A DNA stretch of 64,000 bases from Candidatus Eiseniibacteriota bacterium (GCA_963717935.1 CAVQXP010000001.1:32001-96000), one strand, 5' to 3'. Positions 1 through 9,712 are shown, counted from the first letter of the stretch. Program-made: numbers and translations. Notes: generated by a model from the sequence alone, not told the origin.

Positions 1-1
1 C

Positions 2-1804
2 ATCCAGACGGTGGCGCGCCGCGCCGGTCACCTGGCGCCGAACCTCGGCGTCGTCGAGTTGACGCTCGCGCTCCACCGGGTGTTCGACTCGCCCCGGGAC
101 AAGATCATCTGGGACGTGGGGCACCAGTGCTACCCGCACAAGCTGCTCACGGGCCGCTACGAGCGCTTCGACACACTCCGCACCGCGGGCGGCATCGCCG
201 GCTACCCCCGGCGCGCCGAGAGCGAGCACGACCCCTTCGGCGCCTCGCACGGGAGCACCTCGATCTCGGCCGCGCTGGGCTTCGCCGTGGCCCGCGATCT
301 GCGCGGCGGCAACGAGCACGTCGTGGCGGTGATCGGCGACGGCGCGCTCACCGGCGGTCTGGCCTACGAGGGGCTCAACAACGCGGGCGAGCTGCAGAAG
401 CGGCTCATCGTGGTCCTCAACGACAACGACATGAGCATCGCCCCCAACGTCGGGGCGATCGCACACTACCTGACCAAGCTCACGACCAGCCGCATCTACC
501 GGCGCTTCGAGCGCGACGTCTGGGAGTTGCTGGGCAAGCTGCCACCCGGCTGGCGGGCGCGCGAGGGCGCGCGGCGCATCAAGGAGGGGCTGCAGAACCT
601 GGTCGTGCCGACCGTCCTCTTCGAGGAGCTGGGCTTCAAGTACTTCGGACCGATCGACGGCCACGATCTCGACACGCTCCTGGAGACCCTGGACGACCTC
701 AAGCGCTTCGAGGGCCCCACGCTGCTGCACGTGGTGACGACCAAGGGCAAGGGCTACGGCCCGGCCGAGCTGGACAAGACCACCTTCCACGGGGTGGGCG
801 TCTTCGACCCCGAGACCGGGGAGGCCTCGAAGGGCGCGCGCCAGACCTACACCGGCGTCTACGGCCAGGCCGTGACCGAGATCGGCAAGCAGGTGCCCGA
901 GGTGGTCGCGGTGACCGCGGCGATGACCGACAACACCGGCCTCAAGTGCTTCTCGAAGGAGTTCCCGGAGCGCTTCTTCGACGTCGGCATGGCCGAGGAG
1001 CACGCGGTCACCTTCTCGGCCGCGCTCGCCGCGAACGGCCTCATCCCGCTCACCACCATCTATTCGACCTTTCTGCAGCGCGCCATCGACCAGATCCTGC
1101 ACGACGCTGCGGTCCAGGACCTCTCCATCATCCTGGTTGTCGACCGCGCGGGGCTGGTGGGGGAGGACGGCGCCCCGCAGCACGGCGCCTTCGACGTCAC
1201 CTACCTGCGCATGGTCCCCGGCATGACGCTGATGGCGCCCGCCAACGGCGAGGAGCTGCGCGACATGATCTGGACGGCGGTGAAGCTGCAGCCCACCGCG
1301 AAGGGACCGATCGCCGTGCGCTTCCCGCGCGCCCCGATCCCCGAGGCGGCCCTGCCCCAGCGCCCACCGGCGCTGATCGCGCCGGGCACGGCCCAGCAGC
1401 TGCGCGCCGGGGGCGACGTCGCGCTCATCGCGCTCGGCACCATGGTGCTGCCCGCGCTGGCGGCCGCCGAGTTGCTCGCCGCCGAGGGCGTCTCCGCCAC
1501 GGTCGTCAACGCCCGCTTCGTCTGCCCGCTCGACGAGCGCGTCATCACCGGGCTGGCCCGCTCGGTCGGCCGCATCGTCACGGTCGAGGAGAACGTCCCC
1601 ATGGGCGGCTTCGGCAGCGCGGTGAGCGAATGCCTCGATCGCAACGACCTCTCGGCGACGCCGCTGATGCGCATCGCGCTGCCCGAAGGGTTCGTGTCAC
1701 ACGGCAAGCGGGACGCGCTCCTGCAGCAGGTCGGGCTCGACGGGGCCGGCATCGCCCGCCGGACCCGCGAGTGGGTCCGCGCCCAGCAGCTCCACTTCTC
1801 ATGA
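2..1804 (+). CDS. dxs: 1-deoxy-D-xylulose-5-phosphate synthase (5' truncated by window edge)
   Basis: GHLAPNLGVVELT, WDVGHQCYPHK, the TPP motif GDGALTGG..LNDN, MAEEHAVT and DRAGLVGEDG. Frame is open from base 2. Confidence 0.97.
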   Translation: MQTVARRAGHLAPNLGVVELTLALHRVFDSPRDKIIWDVGHQCYPHKLLTGRYERFDTLRTAGGIAGYPRRAESEHDPFGASHGSTSISAALGFAVARDLRGGNEHVVAVIGDGALTGGLAYEGLNNAGELQKRLIVVLNDNDMSIAPNVGAIAHYLTKLTTSRIYRRFERDVWELLGKLPPGWRAREGARRIKEGLQNLVVPTVLFEELGFKYFGPIDGHDLDTLLETLDDLKRFEGPTLLHVVTTKGKGYGPAELDKTTFHGVGVFDPETGEASKGARQTYTGVYGQAVTEIGKQVPEVVAVTAAMTDNTGLKCFSKEFPERFFDVGMAEEHAVTFSAALAANGLIPLTTIYSTFLQRAIDQILHDAAVQDLSIILVVDRAGLVGEDGAPQHGAFDVTYLRMVPGMTLMAPANGEELRDMIWTAVKLQPTAKGPIAVRFPRAPIPEAALPQRPPALIAPGTAQQLRAGGDVALIALGTMVLPALAAAELLAAEGVSATVVNARFVCPLDERVITGLARSVGRIVTVEENVPMGGFGSAVSECLDRNDLSATPLMRIALPEGFVSHGKRDALLQQVGLDGAGIARRTREWVRAQQLHFS

Positions 1805-2679
1805 GCGCCCGCCTGCGCCGGATCGCGATCTCGGGCCACATCGGCCGGCCCGGCGTGCGCCGCGCCACCGCGCTCCTGTGCACGAGCCTCGCCCGCCGCG
1901 GCTGCGACGTCCGGATCGAGCAGGCCCTGGCCACCGCCCTGGGACGCGAGGGCCGGCCGCTCTCGCAGCTCGCCGCCTGGTGCCAGCTCCTGATCTCGCT
2001 GGGCGGCGACGGCAGCGTGCTCACCGGCGGGCGCGCGCTCGCCGGCCGGCGGGGAGCCCTGCTCGGGGTCAACTTCGGCGGCCTGGGCTTCCTCGCCGCC
2101 GCCGAGCAGGCCGAACTCATGCCGGCGGTGGACGCCGCGCTCGCGAGCGCCTGGCCCGTCTCCCCGCGGCGGCTGCTGCGCGCACGCGTGCTGCGCCACG
2201 GCCGCAGCCTGGCGCGCGCGCTCGCCATGAACGACGCGGTGGTGAAGGGAGCGGGCGGCTACGCCGCCATCCACCTGCAGATGCGCGCGCGCGGCCAGGA
2301 CCTCGGCCATCTCGTGGCCGACGGCCTCATCACCGCGACCGCCGCCGGCTCGACCGCCTACTCGCTCTCGGCCGGCGGCCCCGTGCTCTCGCCCGAGGTC
2401 GAAGCCATCGTGGTCACGCCGGTCTGCGCCCACTCGCTCGGCAGCCGCTCGCTCGTGCTCTCGCCGAACGAGGAGATCGCGCTGCGGCTCATCGGCTCGC
2501 TCGACCAGACCGTGCTCATGCTCGATGGCCAGGAGCACGTGCCGCTCGAGCCGGAGGATGAGATCCGCATCCGGCTCGACCGCGCGGCCGTGCGCGTCGT
2601 GCGCAACCCCGCCCGCCCCTTCGCGCACTCGCTCCAGGTCAAGCTCGGCTGGCAGGGGAGTACGCGGCGGAGCATGTAA
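1801..2679 (+). CDS. nadK: NAD(+) kinase
   Basis: ATGA overlap with dxs stop. LGGDG, NDAVV and DGLITATAAGSTAYSLSAGGP motifs; dxs-nadK-recN order. Confidence 0.95.
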   Translation: MSARLRRIAISGHIGRPGVRRATALLCTSLARRGCDVRIEQALATALGREGRPLSQLAAWCQLLISLGGDGSVLTGGRALAGRRGALLGVNFGGLGFLAAAEQAELMPAVDAALASAWPVSPRRLLRARVLRHGRSLARALAMNDAVVKGAGGYAAIHLQMRARGQDLGHLVADGLITATAAGSTAYSLSAGGPVLSPEVEAIVVTPVCAHSLGSRSLVLSPNEEIALRLIGSLDQTVLMLDGQEHVPLEPEDEIRIRLDRAAVRVVRNPARPFAHSLQVKLGWQGSTRRSM

Positions 2680-2681
2680 TC

Positions 2682-4364
2682 GTGCTCGAACGCCTGGTCA
2701 TCCGCGACCTCGTGCTGGTGGAGCGGGCCGAGGTGGAATTCGGCCCGGGCCTCAACGTGGTGACCGGGGAGACCGGCGCGGGCAAGTCCCTGCTGGTGCA
2801 GGCCGTGGACCTGCTCACCGGCGGCCGCGCCGACCCGGGCGTCGTGCGCGTGGGCGCGAAGGCCGCGGTGGTCGAGGGCGAGTTCCGCCCTTCGCCGCGC
2901 GCCGCCCTGCGGGTCGGGCCGCTGCTCGCATCGTGGGGCATCGAGTGCGACGGTGAGAGCCTCATCCTCCGGCGCGAGGTCCAGACCGGCGGCAAGAGCC
3001 GTGCCCTGGTGAACCAGTCGGCGGTGACGCGAGGCGCGCTGCGGGAGCTGTGCGAGGCGCTCGCGGACCTCCATGGCCAGCACGAGCACCAGAGTCTGCT
3101 GCGCGCCGACGCGGGCCTCGAGACCCTCGATCGGCTCGCGGCGTTCGAGGGTGAGAGCGCCCGCTACGCGCAGGCGCTGTCCGCCTGGCGCGCTGCCGCC
3201 TCCCAACTCGAGGCGCTCGAGCGCTCGCTGGCGACGTACGCCGAGCGGCGCGAGTGGATGGAGCAGGCGGCGCTCGAGCTGGACGAGGCACGCCTGCGCG
3301 AGGGCGAGGACGACGAGCTCCGGCTCGAGGCCGCGCGCCGGGCCCACGCCGACCGCCTGCGCGAGCTGGTGGAGCAGGCGCTCGGGCGGCTCTCGGATGG
3401 CGAAGCGCCGGCCGTGGACGCCATCGCCCAGGCCGGGCGCGCGCTCGAGCAGGCGGCCGCGCTCGACCCGAGCCTCGCGGAGTCCCTGCCTGCGCTCGAC
3501 GAGGCGCGCATCGCCGCGACCGAGGTCGCGCGCGCTCTCGGCGAGTATGCCTCGCGCCTCGAGGCCGACCCGGCCGCGCTGGAGCAGATCGAGTCCCGGC
3601 GCGAGACGATCGCCCGGCTCGTGCGGAAGCACCGCCGCGACGTGCCCGCGCTGATCGCCTGGCGCGTGGAGCTGGGCCGTGAGCTCGCCACGGGGGAGGA
3701 CGCCGAGGCCGCGCTGTCGCGCGCGCGCGCCGCCGCGCAGGAGACGCACGCGGCCTGCCACGCCGCGGCGCGCGCCCTCTCGCGCAGACGTCAGGCGGCC
3801 GCGAAGGAGTGGGGGATGAGGCTCACGAAGGAGATGAAGCCGCTCGGGATGCAGCATGCGAGCCTCGGCTTCCGGGTCGAGCCGGACGACGGCCCGGAGC
3901 CCGCCTTCGCTGCGCACGGGCTCGACCAGGTCGAGATCATGTTCAGCGCCAACCCGGGCGAGCCTGCCCGGCCGCTGCAGCGGATCGTCTCGGGCGGCGA
4001 GCTTTCCAGGGTGATGCTGGCTCTGAAGGTAGCGCTGGAAGCCCAAGACCCCGTTGACCTTCTGCTGTTCGATGAAGTGGATTCCGGGATCGGCGGCGCG
4101 GTCGCCCAGGCGGTCGGGGAACGCCTCAAGCGCCTGGCGCGGCACCGCCAGGTCATCTGCGTGACCCACCTGCCGATGATCGCCGCCCTCGCCACCCATC
4201 ACCTGCGGGTGGACAAGTCCGTGGCGGCGGGCCGCACGGTGGCGCGCATCGTGGTGGTCGAGGACGGAGCGCGCGTCGAGGAACTCGCCCGGATGCTGGC
4301 CGGCGACCGCGTCACCGACACCACACGGCGTCAGGCCCGCGAGTTGCTGGGGGCGGGCGCGTGA
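2682..4364 (+). CDS. recN: DNA repair protein RecN
   Basis: TGETGAGKS Walker A, LHGQHEHQ, SGGELSRVMLAL, FDEVDSG and VTHLP. Confidence 0.97.
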   Translation: MLERLVIRDLVLVERAEVEFGPGLNVVTGETGAGKSLLVQAVDLLTGGRADPGVVRVGAKAAVVEGEFRPSPRAALRVGPLLASWGIECDGESLILRREVQTGGKSRALVNQSAVTRGALRELCEALADLHGQHEHQSLLRADAGLETLDRLAAFEGESARYAQALSAWRAAASQLEALERSLATYAERREWMEQAALELDEARLREGEDDELRLEAARRAHADRLRELVEQALGRLSDGEAPAVDAIAQAGRALEQAAALDPSLAESLPALDEARIAATEVARALGEYASRLEADPAALEQIESRRETIARLVRKHRRDVPALIAWRVELGRELATGEDAEAALSRARAAAQETHAACHAAARALSRRRQAAAKEWGMRLTKEMKPLGMQHASLGFRVEPDDGPEPAFAAHGLDQVEIMFSANPGEPARPLQRIVSGGELSRVMLALKVALEAQDPVDLLLFDEVDSGIGGAVAQAVGERLKRLARHRQVICVTHLPMIAALATHHLRVDKSVAAGRTVARIVVVEDGARVEELARMLAGDRVTDTTRRQARELLGAGA

Positions 4365-5848
4365 CGGCCGCGCACGACCGTCCCGTGACTCCCGGGCGCG
4401 ACGAGTTCCGCGCGCTCGCGGCGGGCGGCAGACATGTCCCGGTCTACCGCGACGTCCCCGCCGACCACGAGACGCCCGTCTCCGCCTTCCGCAAGCTCGA
4501 CGACGGTGCCCACGCCTTCCTGATCGAGAGTCTCGAGGGTGGCGAGAAGTGGGGGCGGTTCTCCGCGCTGGGGAGCAGGCCCACGCTGGTCTTCACGGCC
4601 CGCGGCGAGCGCTGCGAGATCCTCGAGGACGGTGTCACGCGCCCCTGCGCCGGCCCGCCCCTCGATGAGTTGCGGGACCTGCTCGCGGGACGCCACGCCG
4701 TCGCCCTGCCGGGACTGCCGCGCTTCTGCGGGGGCGCGGTGGGCTACCTCGGCTGCGGCGCCGCGCGCTGGTTCGGGCGACGGACCGCGAAGGCGCCCGC
4801 CGGGCCCGGGCCGCCCGATGCCGTGTTCCTCGTCACCGGCGTCGTCACCGTCTTCGACCACGTCGCGCACACCGTCAAGGTCGTGACCCACGCGCGCGGA
4901 GGGGACGACCCCGACGCGGCGTGGGCAGCGGCGGTCGGGCGCCTCGACGCGGAGATCGCGCGGCTCGAGGCCCCGCTGGCCTGGCCTGCGACGGCGGCCG
5001 GGACCCCGCTCGGGCAGCCCGCCTCGTCGTCCACGCCCGAGCGGTTCCGGTCCGCCGTCGAACGCGCCCGGGCGCACATCCGCGCGGGGGACGTGCTGCA
5101 GCTGACGCTCGCGCGGCGCCTGAGCGTGCCCGTCCAGGTGCCCGCCTTCGAGACCTACCGAGCGCTGCGCCTGACCGCCCCGTCGCCCTACAGCCACTTT
5201 CTCAGGCTCGGCGGCCTCTGTCTCGCGGGCTCCGCGCCCGGCTCGCTGGTGCGCCGCGCGGATGACGTGGTCGAGGCGCACATCCTCTCGGGGACGCGGC
5301 CGCGCGGCCGCACACCGGAGGAGGAGCGCAGGCTGGAGGAGGAGCTGCGCGCCGGGGAGCGGGAGCGCGCGGCCCACGCTCTGCGCGTGGACCTGAGCCG
5401 CAGCGACGTGGGCTGCGTGGCCGAGCCCGGCACCGTCGACACCAGCGAGTGGATGGAGGTGGAGCGCCATTCGCAGGCCATGCACCTGGGGTCCACCGTC
5501 CGTGGCCGGCCGCGGCAGGACGCCGGCCCGCTGGACCTGCTGGGGGCCTGCTTCCCCGCCGGCGGCGACTGCGGCGTGCCCCGGCCCCGGGCCCTGGAAC
5601 TCATCGAGGAGCTGGAGCCGGCGTCGCGCGGGGTCCACGCCGGGGCGGTCGGATACTTCGACCTTCGAGGCGGCCTGGACCTGTGCAGCGCCGCGCACAC
5701 GCTGGTCCTCGCCGACGGGCGCGCCGACTGGAGCGCGGGGGCCGTGATCGCCGCGGACACCGACCCCGAGGCGGCGTGGCGCGAGACCCAGGACCAGGCC
5801 CGCGGGCCGTGGCTCGCCCTTCAGCGCGCCACGGGAGCCTCGCGATGA
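4361..5848 (+). CDS. trpE: Anthranilate synthase component I homolog, catalytically degenerate (TrpE*)
   Basis: ETPVSAFRKL, LIES, GRFS, PRFCGGAVGY, PSPY, GTRPRG, FPAG and GAVGYF scaffold motifs are present. Active-site residues are substituted (see findings). GTGA overlap with recN. Confidence 0.9.
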   Translation: MTAAHDRPVTPGRDEFRALAAGGRHVPVYRDVPADHETPVSAFRKLDDGAHAFLIESLEGGEKWGRFSALGSRPTLVFTARGERCEILEDGVTRPCAGPPLDELRDLLAGRHAVALPGLPRFCGGAVGYLGCGAARWFGRRTAKAPAGPGPPDAVFLVTGVVTVFDHVAHTVKVVTHARGGDDPDAAWAAAVGRLDAEIARLEAPLAWPATAAGTPLGQPASSSTPERFRSAVERARAHIRAGDVLQLTLARRLSVPVQVPAFETYRALRLTAPSPYSHFLRLGGLCLAGSAPGSLVRRADDVVEAHILSGTRPRGRTPEEERRLEEELRAGERERAAHALRVDLSRSDVGCVAEPGTVDTSEWMEVERHSQAMHLGSTVRGRPRQDAGPLDLLGACFPAGGDCGVPRPRALELIEELEPASRGVHAGAVGYFDLRGGLDLCSAAHTLVLADGRADWSAGAVIAADTDPEAAWRETQDQARGPWLALQRATGASR

Positions 5849-6437
5849 TCGGGGTCATCGACAACCACGGCGCCTTCATCGGCAGCCTGCTGCAGTACCT
5901 GGCCACGCTCGGTGCACGCTTCGAGGTCCACGCGAACGACGCCATCACGGCCGAAGCGCTGGGCGCGCGTCCGATCGAGGGCCTGGTGCTGTCGTCCGGG
6001 CCGGGGGATCCGACGGCTGCCGGCGTGACGCCCGAAGCGATCCGCCGGTTCGCCGGCCGCGTGCCCATCCTGGGCATCGGCCTCGCTCACCAGGCTCTGG
6101 CCCAGGTCTACGGCGCGAAGCTCGCACCGGCCCCGGACCTCCTGCACGGCACGACGAGCCCCGTGCTGCACCGGGGCCGGGGCCTCTTCGCCGGTCTCGA
6201 GAACCCCTTCGCGGCAGCGCGCTATCATGCGCAGGTCGTGGAGCGCGAGTCCCTGCCCCGCACCCTCGAGATCACGGCCTGGACCCCCCAGGGGGAGATC
6301 ATGGGGCTGCGACATCGCGATCACGAGTGCTGGGGTGTACAGTTCCCGCCCCAGTCCATCCTGACCTGCCCGGGCCTCAGGCTCGTGGAGAACTTCCTTG
6401 TCGCTGTGCCGCCATCACAAGGGAGGTACCCCAGTGA
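5845..6437 (+). CDS. trpG: Anthranilate synthase component II (class I glutamine amidotransferase) homolog lacking the catalytic triad (TrpG*); 3' end ambiguous
   Basis: MIGVIDN.., SGPGDP, PILGIGLAHQ, ARYH, GVQFPPQSILT, LVENFL. ATGA overlap with trpE. An indel near 6395-6435 leaves either a GTGA-coupled stop or a TrpG-TrpD fusion. Confidence 0.85.
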
Positions 6438-7442
6438 TCCGCATGGCCATCGCACGCGCGGTGCTCCGCGAGGACCTGCCGCGGGAGCTGGCGCGCGCCA
6501 GCATGGAGCAGATCCTCGACGGCGACGCCACGCCGGCGCAGATCGGCGCCCTCGCCGTGGCCCTGCGCATGAAGGGCGAGACTCCCGACGGAGATCGCCA
6601 GCATGGCCGAGGCGATGCGCGAGCGCGTGCCACCCATCCGCACCAAGCGCGCGCCGCTGCTCGACACCTGCGGCACCGGCGGCGACAACGCCGGCACGTT
6701 CAACATCTCGACCACCTCGGCCATCGTGGTGGCGTCGTGCGGCGTGGCGGTGGCCAAGCACGGCAACCGCGCGGTCTCGAGCCGCACCGGGAGCGCCGAC
6801 GTGCTCGAGGCCCTGGGCGTGGGCCTCGATCTGACCCCGGAGAGCGCCGCGCGCTCGCTCGACCTGCTGGGCATCACGTTCCTGTTCGCGCCCAACTACC
6901 ACGCCGCGCTGCGCCACGCCGCGGGGCCGCGTCGCGAGGTCGGCATCCGCACGATCCTCGACCTGCTCGGCCCGCTCACCAACCCGGCCGGCGCGCGGCG
7001 GCAGCTGATCGGCGTCTTCTCCGACCGTCTGGTGCGCCGCATCGCCGAGGTCCTGAAGATCCTCGGCAGCGAGCGGGCCTGGGTCGTGCACGGCCTCGAC
7101 GGACTGGACGAGCTGACGGTGCGGGGACGCTCTCACGTCGCCGAGCTGGACCGCGGCCAGATCCGCGAATTCGAGGTGGACCCCGGGCCCCTGGGTCTCG
7201 CGCACGCCGAGCGCAGTGGCCTCGAGGGCGGGGACGCGGCCGCCAACGCCGTGCGGATCCGCGCCGTGCTGGCGGGGGAGAAGGGGCCGGCGCGCGACAT
7301 CGTCGCGCTCAACGCGGGTGGCGCGCTGGTCGTGGCCGGCGTGGTGGGGGATCTCGCCGGGGGCGTGGCGCAGGCCCAGGAGGCGATCGACAGCGGGCGT
7401 GCCGCGCGCAAGCTCGACGACCTCACGGCCTTCCGGGACTGA
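6434..7442 (+). CDS. trpD: Anthranilate phosphoribosyltransferase (one apparent +1 indel near 6590)
   Basis: GGAGG SD before GTG 6434. QIGALAVALRMKGET, DTCGTGGD, FNIST, KHGNRAVSSRTGSADVLEALG and GLDE motifs. Confidence 0.93.
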
Positions 7443-7466
7443 CCTTCATCCGAGAGGGGGCCGGAC

Positions 7467-8105
7467 ATGTTCTGCATCCGCTGCGGCGCCAACCTGCCCG
7501 AAGACGCGGCATTCTGTGCATCCTGCGGAGCCCCCGTCACCAGCGGCACGGCCGCGGCCGCGGCGGCCTCACCGCCGCCCGGCGCGGTCTCCGGGCCCTG
7601 GGCGGCCGTTCCGGCCGAACTGCCCGCGGTCCGCGCGACACGGGACTACAGCGGTTTCTGGCGCCGCTTCTGGGGCCATGTGATCGACCGCTTCATCCTC
7701 GGCGTGGTGTTCGTGCCCGTGAGCTTCATGGTCCTCGTGCCGATGATGGCCACCGAATCGGCCGGATGGACGGACACCGATCTGCCGGCCGAGGCGATCA
7801 CCGCGCTCCTGGGGGCCATCCTCGCCGTGGCATTCTTCGAGCTGTTGGGCAGCTGGCTCTACAGCGCGCTCCTGCAGAGTTCGTCGAGGCAGGCCACGCT
7901 CGGCCAGCTCGCGCTCGGCATCCACGTCACGGATCTCGAGGGACGGCGTGTCTCCTTCGCCCGCGCGAGCGGGCGCCACTTCGCGACCGTGCTCACCGGC
8001 CTCACCTTCGGCATCGGCTACCTCATCATGCTCTTCACGACGAGGAAGCAGACCCTGCACGACCTGATCGGCGGCACCGTCGTCGTGCGAACCGATCCCG
8101 CGTGA
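7467..8105 (+). CDS. Zinc-ribbon plus RDD family membrane protein
   Basis: MFCIRCG..FCASCG N-terminus, then GFWRRFWGHVID, QATLGQ..G.HV and KQTLHDLIGGTVVV. Confidence 0.88.
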   Translation: MFCIRCGANLPEDAAFCASCGAPVTSGTAAAAAASPPPGAVSGPWAAVPAELPAVRATRDYSGFWRRFWGHVIDRFILGVVFVPVSFMVLVPMMATESAGWTDTDLPAEAITALLGAILAVAFFELLGSWLYSALLQSSSRQATLGQLALGIHVTDLEGRRVSFARASGRHFATVLTGLTFGIGYLIMLFTTRKQTLHDLIGGTVVVRTDPA

Positions 8106-9712
8106 GCCGCGGGCGCCTCCCTGTTGGTGCTCCCGCCCGCGAACCCCGCCTGAGCGCGGCAGGCGGCACGGCGCGGCGCGAGGTCCTCGTGGACCTGGTC
8201 GCGATCCTCGGCGCGTGGGTCGTCTTCGCCTTCGCCCTCGGACGCGGCTCCCTGGTCACCGCCTACGACGTCTTCCGCGACATGTCCTATGCGCAGGCCA
8301 TCCTCCAGGGGCACCTCTCGCAGGACCCCTCGATCCCGGGCTTTCGCGCGTGGTATCCGCCGGGGAACCCGCTCACCTTCGCGGGGCTGGCGACCCTGAC
8401 GCGGATCTCACCGGTGGATCTCTACGCGACCAGCCTCTACTGGCTCGGCTGGATCAATCCGGTTGCCCTCTATCTTCTGGTGCGCTCCCGTTGGGGCCGC
8501 GCCACGGCGCTTGTGTCCCTGGCCACCGTCCTCCTCGGTTCGTTCTGGTGGTTCACCCACATGGCCATGCCGATGGCGAGCATCCAGGGCGTCGCGCTGG
8601 GCCTGCTCGCCCTGCTCGCCTGGACGACCGATCGCGGCCGCGGGTTCCGCCGCGCGGCCCTCACGGGCGTGCTCCTGGCGCTGGCGATCTGGCACCATCC
8701 GATCTGCGGAGCGCTGGCGATGGGCAGCATCGTCGTACACGGAGCGGTCGCCGCGTTGCTCCCGGCGAACCGTGGCGACCCGGTCGCGTCCCGCTTCGAA
8801 CTCGCGAAGAGGGCCGCGCTGGCCAGCGCCGTGGGCCTCCTGCTCGCCGCACCGCTGCTCCTGGGCCAACTCGGCCTGTCCCGGACGAACGCGGCGCCGC
8901 ACCACTGGTTCGCGCCCGAACTCCACGACCCGCGCTTCGCGTTCCACCTGCATGCGCCGCTGATCGTGCCGCTCGGCCTCGTCGGGCTGTGGCTCGCTGC
9001 GCGCCGCTGGCGCGAGGAGGGCTGGCTCGTGGCCTATTTCGGCATCGGGCTCGCCGGGCAGATCGCCGGATACCTCGGCCATGACGCCGGATGGGGGATC
9101 CCCTGGGCGCTGCCGCACGAGTTCCAGTGGCACGAGCAACTCGCCCTGATGGTCGCAGCGGCCATCGCCACCGTCCGGCTTGCCACCTGGCTCGCCGCCG
9201 GCGTGCGGGGCGCACGGCGGGACCTGGCGCGTCGAGCCGGCATCGCCACGCTCCTCGCGCTGAGCACGGGACCCGCCCTGTTCAACCTGCCGCTCGCGAG
9301 TTCCTATCTGATGCGGCTCGACGAGCGTTGGCAGGCCTCGCTGGCGACGGCCCGCTGGATCCGCGCGAACACGCCCCTCGAGGCCGTGTTCGCGTGCCCG
9401 CCGGAGACGGGCTACTTCCTCTCCGGGCTCACCGGGCGCCGCTGCCTCGCACTGCCTCCCGGGCACATGAATCCCGCACTCGACGCGGAGGCACGTTACG
9501 CCGACGTGGCCGAGCTGTTGAACACGCCCGACGAGGAAGTCTTCCGGCGCCTGGCGGCGCGGTACGGTGCCACGCATCTTCTCGTCACGCCCGCGCCGCG
9601 CTTCCTGGCCCGCGCCCGGGAGACCTACGCCCGCTGGCGGTGTCTCGAGCCCGCCGGTCTCGCGGACAGCACGGTGCTCCTCTATCGCATCCGGCGGCCC
9701 ACGGGCCGCTGA
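8102..9712 (+). CDS. Polytopic membrane protein, probable GT-C-fold glycosyltransferase
   Basis: GTGA overlap with the RDD gene. About 10-12 hydrophobic helices, an acidic first loop (AYDVFRD..DP..WYPPG) and a soluble C-terminus with WIRANTP..GYFLSGLTGR. Confidence 0.6.
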   Translation: MSRGRLPVGAPAREPRLSAAGGTARREVLVDLVAILGAWVVFAFALGRGSLVTAYDVFRDMSYAQAILQGHLSQDPSIPGFRAWYPPGNPLTFAGLATLTRISPVDLYATSLYWLGWINPVALYLLVRSRWGRATALVSLATVLLGSFWWFTHMAMPMASIQGVALGLLALLAWTTDRGRGFRRAALTGVLLALAIWHHPICGALAMGSIVVHGAVAALLPANRGDPVASRFELAKRAALASAVGLLLAAPLLLGQLGLSRTNAAPHHWFAPELHDPRFAFHLHAPLIVPLGLVGLWLAARRWREEGWLVAYFGIGLAGQIAGYLGHDAGWGIPWALPHEFQWHEQLALMVAAAIATVRLATWLAAGVRGARRDLARRAGIATLLALSTGPALFNLPLASSYLMRLDERWQASLATARWIRANTPLEAVFACPPETGYFLSGLTGRRCLALPPGHMNPALDAEARYADVAELLNTPDEEVFRRLAARYGATHLLVTPAPRFLARARETYARWRCLEPAGLADSTVLLYRIRRPTGR

